Shown here: positions 25,602 through 32,000 of the stretch, in pieces
How the letters are laid out: each line of letters opens with the position of its first letter
Position numbering within the stretch: position 1 is the stretch's first letter
Program-made: the position numbers and the translations under genes
Source of the DNA: Psychrobacter sp. HD31
GTDB taxonomy: Bacteria; Pseudomonadota; Gammaproteobacteria; Pseudomonadales; Moraxellaceae
Direction of reading: 5' to 3'
Assembly (NCBI RefSeq): GCF_051097895.1
Contig: NZ_CP142525.1
Span: forward strand, 900,001 to 932,000
Length of the DNA: 32,000 nucleotides
The notes under the pieces: generated by a model
Told to the model about the DNA's origin: nothing
Databases searched by the model: none
The model's input: the letters and a program-made list of their open reading frames with translations, nothing else

Positions 25602-27328
25602 AAAATAACAAGCAAAACTGGTATACAAAACTGCATCAATCACCTCAAAACCTTGCTGCAAAACAAGTTAGGCAAAATAGCAAAGATAAACTCAATTTAA
25701 GTATCTTTTTTAGAATTTGGCTTGCGGTTGTGGTTATCATCATCATTGCCAGTATTATGGTATTTGACCAATTGTTTGAGCGTGTTGAACCAACCAGCAA
25801 ACAAGTTATTGAAGATACCTTAGTTGATACCAGCAAATTGCTTGCCGCAAGCCTAAGCCAACCACTGCAAACAGGCGCTCTTGCAGCCCCCAGCTATCAA
25901 AATCAATTGGATCAAGCATTTAATGCGGCTGCCAATACTCATACAAAAACACCGAAAATATATCGCTATAACGATAAAGAAACACTCAATCAATTAAGCA
26001 CATGGTTTAATCAAAAAACACACAGTAGTTTTAGAGTTTATGTTACCAATGCCAATGGCAAAGTGATTTATGACTCTTTGGCAAAAAGTGACGGGAATGC
26101 CGAAGGGCAAGATTACAGCAGATGGAACGATGTTTATTTAACATTGCAAGGCAAGTATGGCGCAAGAAGCACCAGAAGTGATAAAAACAATGCCGATACA
26201 TCTGTCATGTATGTTGCCCAACCCATCACCAATAAGCAGGGTAAGCTCATTGGTGTCGTGAGTGTAGGTAAGCCCGTTGCAACCATTTTGCCGTACCTAA
26301 ATGTTGCTCGCCAGCGTATGCTCACCACTTCACTTACCATCATGTTACTGGCCATATTTTTTGCTGGGCTGGTGGCATGGTGGCTACAACAAAGCATTGC
26401 CATGGTAACCCGCTATACAGGCTCTTTAGATACCCATGATGCAAAACCCAGTTTTTATTTAGGTAAAGAACTAAATGAATTAACCAACACCATCGAAAAT
26501 ATGAAGCATAAGCTTGAAAACAAAGCTTATGTGACTGACTATGTTCATACCCTAACCCACGAGCTTAAAAGCCCACTTACTGCAATTAAAGCAAGTGGCG
26601 AGCTGCTAGAAGATGCAACATTAGAAGAAGAAGACCGACATTTACTTAGCCAAACCATTAGTGAACAAAGCACAAAATTACAATCACTGATTGACCGCTT
26701 ATTGCTACTTGCCAAGATTGAGCAGCCCAGCTTTCGTTTATCAACACAGCCAGTCAATATCTTAAGCTTAACACGCACGCTCATCACAAATCAGCAACCA
26801 CGCATTCAAAAACGTGGGCTGACAATTAACTATTTTGTTAATGGAGCAGAATACAACAAGCAGTGTGAAGATAGCTCTTTTATGGCGAGTTTACCTCGTA
26901 TTTTGGCAGATGAATTTTGGTTATCGCAAGCCCTAGACAACCTTATTACTAATGCCATCTTTTTTGCTGATAGCCACATTGATATTGAGCTTAATTATCA
27001 AGAAGCAAAATCTAAAGTGCAATTATCCATTTTTAATGATGGTGCTGGCATTCCAGATTATGCTTTGGATAAAGTATTTGACCGTTATTTTAGTTTATCG
27101 CATCAAGCAGGCAATCCCAATAATGCTTCAATGCTTCAAACCAATGCTCAAACACCCAACCAGCCAAAAAATCACACAAGCAACCATAAAGGCAGTGGAC
27201 TGGGTTTAACTCTTGCCAAACAAGTTATTGAGCATCATGGTGGTAAAATTAATATTGCTAATATCCATCAAACACACACAACAACTGAGGGCGTTCAGGT
27301 TTCTGTCTCTCTTCCTATTGCCAATTAA
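25598..27328 (+). CDS. creC: Sensor histidine kinase, CreC-like
   Basis: Two TM segments flank a periplasmic domain of about 200 aa. H-box HELKSPLTAIKASGELL, N-box LDNLITNAIFFA, G1 DGAGIP, G2 GSGLGL. Context between creB and creD. Confidence 0.85.
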   Translation: MKNNKQNWYTKLHQSPQNLAAKQVRQNSKDKLNLSIFFRIWLAVVVIIIIASIMVFDQLFERVEPTSKQVIEDTLVDTSKLLAASLSQPLQTGALAAPSYQNQLDQAFNAAANTHTKTPKIYRYNDKETLNQLSTWFNQKTHSSFRVYVTNANGKVIYDSLAKSDGNAEGQDYSRWNDVYLTLQGKYGARSTRSDKNNADTSVMYVAQPITNKQGKLIGVVSVGKPVATILPYLNVARQRMLTTSLTIMLLAIFFAGLVAWWLQQSIAMVTRYTGSLDTHDAKPSFYLGKELNELTNTIENMKHKLENKAYVTDYVHTLTHELKSPLTAIKASGELLEDATLEEEDRHLLSQTISEQSTKLQSLIDRLLLLAKIEQPSFRLSTQPVNILSLTRTLITNQQPRIQKRGLTINYFVNGAEYNKQCEDSSFMASLPRILADEFWLSQALDNLITNAIFFADSHIDIELNYQEAKSKVQLSIFNDGAGIPDYALDKVFDRYFSLSHQAGNPNNASMLQTNAQTPNQPKNHTSNHKGSGLGLTLAKQVIEHHGGKINIANIHQTHTTTEGVQVSVSLPIAN

Positions 27329-27384
27329 ACTTGGCTAGGCTATCCGCCCATTGGTCTACCCATATAAAGTTTTTAAGTTACCAA

Positions 27385-27400
27385 TCCACCAAAAATCCAT
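27385..27400 (+). promoter_or_regulatory. cre-tag-like direct repeat TCCAC-N6-TCCAT upstream of creD, a candidate CreB site
   Basis: Read directly: TCCACcaaaaaTCCAT, with an 11-bp period, ending 73 nt before the creD ATG. A further TCCTC lies 22 nt (two periods) downstream at 27418-27422. Confidence 0.45.
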
Positions 27401-27472
27401 CAAACCCACATCATTAATCCTCCCTGCTTATTTATAGTGTTGCCATAACAACACAACAAACCGGAGGATACA

Positions 27473-28954
27473 ATGCAAAAACCTTTATTCATTAAAATGG
27501 CAATCATTGCCATACTTTGTGCCATTTTTGGCATTGGTCTAAGTATTTTAAAAACACTGGTGTATGAACGCCAAAACTACGCCAACAATGTGATTAACGA
27601 GATTGCCGACCAACACGTTAAACCACAACAGTTGATTACCCCTTTTTTGGTAAGTCGGCACACAACCACCCAAAACTGTGATAGTGATAAAAAAATCAGC
27701 AAAACTGACTGTAGCAAACAGGTGATAGTCAACACGCCTATTTTTGCAAACCAAACGGAAGTGGCTCAAAACCTAAAAGTCAGTGATGATGAATACAAAA
27801 GGAGCATTTACAGTGCCACAAGTTATAGGGGCGAGATAAGCATTAACCAAACCTATCAATTAAAGCCAAAAAATGATGACAGCACACCAGCAGCCAGTCA
27901 CACCACGTCAAGTCACACCACTTCAAGTATTCAAACAAATCTACAAGATAATAAAACCTTTATGGATACCCGTTTGCTACTACCTATTAGCGATTTACGA
28001 GGGGTAAATAAATTACCCAATGTCACTATTAATGGACAAACAATAACCGCGGACTACCCTAAAAATAAAATTTTTGCCAATCTTGAATACTTAGAAGTCA
28101 TATTGCCAAAAAGCTTACAAAAGGCAGACAAGCTTAATATTGAGGTGTCGTTAAACTTATCTGGGCTAAAAAGCATACAAACCGTGCCATTGGGAGAACA
28201 ATTTGAGCTAACTACTAAAGCCAATTGGCAAGATCCTAATTTTATTGGGCATGCGTTGCCAACAAAAAAAACACTCAACACGAAAGATTTTAATGCCAAC
28301 TGGCAAAACCAACACCTTGCCATTAGAAACAACCAGCTGGTTAGCCTGTGCATCAAGCAGCACAAAAATAGTTGTCAGTTAGTACAATCTCAAACCCTCA
28401 CTCATAGTTTAAGCAGTACTTCTAACGGATACAGACATCAAGTAACAGAAAGCACAAACGCCAATAATCAACAAGCCGTTAACTTAAATGAATTTGGTGT
28501 AGATTTTGCTAAACCCAACAATGTGTATTTACAGACAGAACGAACCATGAAGTATGGCTTATTATTAATTGCCATATCCTTTGGTAGTATCTTTTTGTTT
28601 GAAGTTATCAAGTCATTACGCATCCACCCTGTACAGTACTTGCTGGTTAGCATGGCATTATTGGTTTTTTATGCCTTACTGTTATCACTGGCAGAACAAA
28701 TTGCATTTTGGCAGGCTTATCTAATTGCTTCGCTAGCTTGTGCATCATTAATTGGTTGGTATGCATTTTATCTATTTAAAAGTGGTAAACGGGCAAGTTT
28801 ATTTACCGTTATTTTAGCGGGGCAATATGCTGGTTTTTACATCATACTCACCATTGCAGACATGAATTTACTGATTGGCGCCCTACTCTGCTTTACTTTA
28901 ATTGCAGCCGTTATGTTTATTACCCGAAAAATCGACTGGTACAAAATCAATTAA
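27473..28954 (+). CDS. creD: Cell envelope integrity / inner-membrane protein CreD
   Basis: N-terminal TM followed by YERQ (typical CreD start), a large periplasmic region, and a C-terminal cluster of about 5 TM segments (KYGLLLIAISFGSIFLFE...). GGAGG SD motif. Confidence 0.85.
   Translation: MQKPLFIKMAIIAILCAIFGIGLSILKTLVYERQNYANNVINEIADQHVKPQQLITPFLVSRHTTTQNCDSDKKISKTDCSKQVIVNTPIFANQTEVAQNLKVSDDEYKRSIYSATSYRGEISINQTYQLKPKNDDSTPAASHTTSSHTTSSIQTNLQDNKTFMDTRLLLPISDLRGVNKLPNVTINGQTITADYPKNKIFANLEYLEVILPKSLQKADKLNIEVSLNLSGLKSIQTVPLGEQFELTTKANWQDPNFIGHALPTKKTLNTKDFNANWQNQHLAIRNNQLVSLCIKQHKNSCQLVQSQTLTHSLSSTSNGYRHQVTESTNANNQQAVNLNEFGVDFAKPNNVYLQTERTMKYGLLLIAISFGSIFLFEVIKSLRIHPVQYLLVSMALLVFYALLLSLAEQIAFWQAYLIASLACASLIGWYAFYLFKSGKRASLFTVILAGQYAGFYIILTIADMNLLIGALLCFTLIAAVMFITRKIDWYKIN
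27896..27928 (+). repeat. In-frame 15-bp tandem duplication (14/15 identical) encoding SHTTS-SHTTS-S within creD
   Basis: agtcacaccacgtca agtcacaccacttca agt, read directly. It begins at codon 142. Confidence 0.9.
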
Positions 28955-28976
28955 CCATACAACTATAAGTATGTAA

Positions 28977-29018
28977 TTGATGGTTGTTGTGCAGGTTTCA
29001 AAAGCCAACAACCATCAA
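28977..29018 (+). other. Perfect 13-bp stem / 16-nt loop hairpin 23 nt after the creD stop, a possible terminator or RNA-stability element
   Basis: ttgatggttgttg-N16-caacaaccatcaa. It is followed by an A-rich rather than T-rich sequence, so it is not a canonical intrinsic terminator. Confidence 0.45.
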
Positions 29019-29132
29019 AAACCGTAAAACAACCTAACATTGCCATACCTAGGCAACAATATTATTTCTATAAAATTAGTATGGCAAAGTTAGCATGACA
29101 AAACTTAGGTAAACAAAACAAATGGAGGCACT

Positions 29133-29417
29133 ATGCAACCAAATAATCACGTTAATCAAGATGCAATCTATCAAAACACACACTATTTTGGTACGTCGAA
29201 TATGACTATGCCGATAACTAAGGCAAGGCAAAGCATTACTATTAATCATGGAGGTTATAAAGTTGAGTGGGCTGGGTTAACACGGCAACAAGTTATGCAA
29301 AAATGCAACGATTTAGGCTTAAATACGGTTTGCTTTGCCCGTTGGCTGGCAATTTATGAGTTTAGAATATTACTGGTTTTTAAAAACAACAGATGTGTGG
29401 TGGTGGAACATTTATAG
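29133..29417 (+). CDS. Hypothetical 94-aa protein (orphan), convergent on ffs
   Basis: Strong GGAGG SD motif 5 nt upstream of the ATG. No signal peptide. I recognise no family. Enriched in codons that are rare elsewhere in the window (AGG, CGG, AGA, ATA). Confidence 0.5.
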   Translation: MQPNNHVNQDAIYQNTHYFGTSNMTMPITKARQSITINHGGYKVEWAGLTRQQVMQKCNDLGLNTVCFARWLAIYEFRILLVFKNNRCVVVEHL

Positions 29418-29428
29418 AATAAAAAAAA

Positions 29429-29538
<110 letters not shown>

Positions 29539-29545
29539 AGCAAAT

Positions 29546-29573
29546 ATTATACCCTTTATTGTATGAATATCAA
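29546..29573 (-). promoter_or_regulatory. Sigma70-type promoter of ffs
   Basis: The minus strand has TTGATA (29573-29568), a 16-nt spacer, then TATAAT (29551-29546). The predicted start about 7 nt downstream coincides with the RNA 5' stem. Confidence 0.75.
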
Positions 29574-29731
29574 GTTTTATCTTAGCTCCTGTAAAAAGTC
29601 TATTTTTAATACAAAGTTACTGCAACAAAACTACAACGCATAGGCAAACTTTGACTAAATTATGGATGATATGATAAAAATATAAAGTGTTAATCCATAC
29701 TTACTTTAGTTTCACAAAACAAGGAAAACAT

Positions 29732-30433
29732 ATGAACCTTTCAAAAAAACAAATTGCACCCATTTTTGCAGGTTTATTCGCTTTATCTGCCACAGCAAAT
29801 GCCGAGCCAACAGGCTATAACCAGATTAGCTTTACCTCTGAAGTAAAAACCGAAGTTGATAATGATGAGGTACAAGCAACGATGTCTAAAAAGGCGCAAG
29901 CTAAAGATGCCAAACGCCTTGCAACAACCCTTAACTCTGCAATGAACAATGCCATGAAGGTTGCAAAACGCTATCCAACCGTAACCGTAACAACTGGGCA
30001 AAACAGCACCTATCCAAGCTATGATAAAAATGGCAAAATTAATGGTTGGACGGGTCAAGCCAGTATCAATATCAAAAGCACTGACTTAGAAGCAACCAGT
30101 GAGCTTATTGCCAACTTGCAAGAAAATTTGGTATTAGGTAATTTAAGTTTTGGGGTTTCTGAAACACGTAAAGACGAAGTTAAAAAACAAATGCTCGTTA
30201 AAGCCTCTAAAGCGTTTCAACAACAAGCCAAAACCCTCACTTCTGCTTGGGGAGCAAGCAGCTACAATGTTGTTAATGTACAGCTAAATACTGGCAGCAG
30301 CTACTATCAACCCATGAGAGAAAGTGGCATGTATGCGATGAAAGCATCTGCAGATGTGCCTGCTCAAGAGTTTGAATCTGGTAATAGTACAATTACGGTT
30401 ACTGCAAATGGTACGATTGAGTTGGTTAAATAA
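29732..30433 (+). CDS. Periplasmic SIMPL-domain (DUF541, YggE-like) protein
   Basis: An AAGGA SD motif precedes the ATG at 29732. Signal peptide MNLSKKQIAPIFAGLFALSATANA. Length and pattern are SIMPL-like (N-terminal beta region, central helices, C-terminal GxxTITVTANGTIEL). The track start at 29687 adds 15 residues lacking an SD motif. Confidence 0.75.
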   Translation: MNLSKKQIAPIFAGLFALSATANAEPTGYNQISFTSEVKTEVDNDEVQATMSKKAQAKDAKRLATTLNSAMNNAMKVAKRYPTVTVTTGQNSTYPSYDKNGKINGWTGQASINIKSTDLEATSELIANLQENLVLGNLSFGVSETRKDEVKKQMLVKASKAFQQQAKTLTSAWGASSYNVVNVQLNTGSSYYQPMRESGMYAMKASADVPAQEFESGNSTITVTANGTIELVK

Positions 30434-30450
30434 CATCACTCTTAATAAAA

Positions 30451-30753
30451 ATGCAAAATACGAATCGAACATCTGCAATTTTTTTGATAGTCATAGGGCT
30501 AACTTTGCCATTAATCGGTTTTTTAATAGCCGATTGGTTAGCGGTTAAGCAAATACTAGGGCAACTGCCTGATTGGATATTTTGGACAATTTATTTGTCT
30601 GTTTTATTGCCCTGTCTGTTTTTTGGTTTTAAACAGCTTAACTTTGCAATCACCAAAACCCTTTTTTATACGGTACTATTTAGTTTTTGGCAAATCATGT
30701 TCACTTTGTTAATAGTATTGCAGTTTCATCAAATGATTGGTGGTTCTTTTTAA
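30451..30753 (+). CDS. Hypothetical small membrane protein (about 3 TM)
   Basis: Hydrophobic 100-aa ORF 17 nt after the SIMPL gene and followed by a strong terminator. No clear SD motif. Confidence 0.5.
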   Translation: MQNTNRTSAIFLIVIGLTLPLIGFLIADWLAVKQILGQLPDWIFWTIYLSVLLPCLFFGFKQLNFAITKTLFYTVLFSFWQIMFTLLIVLQFHQMIGGSF

Positions 30754-30794
30754 CTAATAAGCCAGTAGCAAATATTAAGTTTATTCAACACATC

Positions 30795-30829
30795 AAAAAA
30801 ATCCAGCCTAAGTTAGGCTGGATTTTTTA
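30795..30829. terminator. Bidirectional intrinsic terminator between the membrane ORF and convergent glnA
   Basis: A7-atccagcct-aagt-taggctggat-T6. Confidence 0.88.
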
Positions 30830-30854
30830 ATATCAAAAGACTAGATGCTAATGA

Positions 30855-32000
30855 TTAGCAGCTATAGTACATATCAAATTCAACTGGGTGAACTGTTACG
30901 TTTAGACGCTGTACTTCTTCTTCTTTAAGCTCAATAAATGCTTCTAACATTTCTTTAGTGAACACATCACCTTGTAATAAGAAGTCATGGTCAGCTTTTA
31001 ATGCATCAAGCGCTTGGCTTAAGTTTTCAGCAACTGTTGGGATTTGTGCTTCTTCTTCTGGTGGTAGGTCGTACAAGTTTTTATCAGAAGCTTCGCCTGG
31101 GTGCATCTTATTTTGGATACCATCAAGACCTGCCATTAACAATGCAGCAAAGCAAAGGTATGGGTTAGCCGTAGGATCAGGGAAACGTGCTTCAACACGT
31201 ACCGCTTTAGGGCTAGAAACGTGTGGAATACGGATAGAAGCAGAACGGTTACAAGCTGAGTAAGCTAGTTTAATTGGTGCTTCATAATGTGGTACCAAAC
31301 GTTTGTAACTGTTAGTAGATGGGTTGGTAATTGCATTTAACGCACGAGCGTGTTTGATAATACCACCAATAAAGTATAAAGCGGTTTCTGATAAACCAGC
31401 ATACTCATCACCAGCAAAAGTATTTTCGCCATCTTTAGAGATAGACATATGAACGTGCATACCAGAACCATTATCACCAACAATTGGCTTAGGCATAAAG
31501 GTAGCTGTTTTACCAAACTGGTGTGCAACATTATGTACAACATATTTTAATTGCTGTACTTCATCTGCTTTACGAACCATGGTATTAAATGATACGCCAA
31601 TTTCTGACTGGCAAGAAGCAACTTCATGGTGATGTACTTCAACACGGTCAGCCCCCATAATGTCTTCAATACGCTCACACATTACAGAACGCATGTCTTG
31701 TGAACTATCAACTGGTGGTACAGGGAAGTAACCGCCCTTAACACGTGGACGGTGAGCCATGTTGCCCCACTCGTATTCTTCATTTGTTGACCAAGCAGCT
31801 TCTTCAGCCGTAATTTTATGCTGAGCGCCGCTCATGTCGATTTGCCATTTCACATCATCAAATACAAAAAACTCTGGCTCAGGACCAAAAAATGCTGTGT
31901 CACCAATGCCTGTTGATTTTAAGTACTCTTCGGCACGGCGAGCGATTGAACGTGGGTCACGCTCGTAACCTTGTAAAGTTGATGGCTCGATAATGTCACA
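30855..32000 (-). CDS. glnA: Glutamine synthetase type I, C-terminal about 380 aa (N-terminus beyond the window)
   Basis: The frame stays open to base 32000 (my translation: [53 protein letters not shown]...). Collinear with E. coli GlnA ([12 protein letters not shown]; HHHEV; [16 protein letters not shown]; [13 protein letters not shown]; SASIRIP; adenylylation-site NLYDLPPEE). The track start at 31853 is an internal GTG (Val). Confidence 0.95.
   Translation of the reverse strand, partial: CDIIEPSTLQGYERDPRSIARRAEEYLKSTGIGDTAFFGPEPEFFVFDDVKWQIDMSGAQHKITAEEAAWSTNEEYEWGNMAHRPRVKGGYFPVPPVDSSQDMRSVMCERIEDIMGADRVEVHHHEVASCQSEIGVSFNTMVRKADEVQQLKYVVHNVAHQFGKTATFMPKPIVGDNGSGMHVHMSISKDGENTFAGDEYAGLSETALYFIGGIIKHARALNAITNPSTNSYKRLVPHYEAPIKLAYSACNRSASIRIPHVSSPKAVRVEARFPDPTANPYLCFAALLMAGLDGIQNKMHPGEASDKNLYDLPPEEEAQIPTVAENLSQALDALKADHDFLLQGDVFTKEMLEAFIELKEEEVQRLNVTVHPVEFDMYYSC

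Noticed and set aside
29687-29731. 15-codon upstream extension of the SIMPL-domain ORF
   Set aside because: The ATG at 29732 has an AAGGA SD motif and begins a canonical signal peptide. The upstream Met has neither.

Overview
The window reads as a densely packed, mostly housekeeping chromosomal segment from an AT-rich gammaproteobacterium. The protein sequences and the frequent Q/N/T/S-rich inserts suggest Moraxellaceae, but I could not verify the taxon. I support about 36 protein genes, including rpmG, which is too short for the ORF track, plus one RNA gene the track cannot show: ffs (4.5S/SRP RNA) on the minus strand with a near-consensus promoter. Gene order: trhP(yegQ, partial)-fdxA | yciV | yciB-yciI-ygiM-like-mnmC | lipoprotein | ubiA | rsmJ-uppP | ASCH-tsaB-membrane ORF | ffh | ypjD | GNAT-purU | rpmB-rpmG | rpe-rpiA | ilvA | cholesterol-oxidase-like GMC enzyme-hslR-LMW-PTP-murB | small secreted protein | small lipoprotein-creB-creC-creD | orphan ORF | ffs | SIMPL protein-membrane ORF | glnA (partial). 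I found no tRNA, rRNA, CRISPR array, IS element, integrase, phage module or recognisable defence or toxin-antitoxin cassette, and I cannot honestly claim a new multi-gene system. The items most worth a second look are: (i) a Tat-signal, ChoA-type cholesterol oxidase homologue sitting among core genes; (ii) the creBCD module, which carries cre-tag-like TCCAC-N6-TCCAY direct repeats about 70 nt upstream of both creB and creD, and is flanked by a very AT-rich palindrome-bearing spacer, two tiny exported proteins and an orphan ORF; (iii) low-complexity inserts in conserved proteins, including one in the CreC ATP-lid region. All homology calls come from remembered family sequences and motifs, not database searches.
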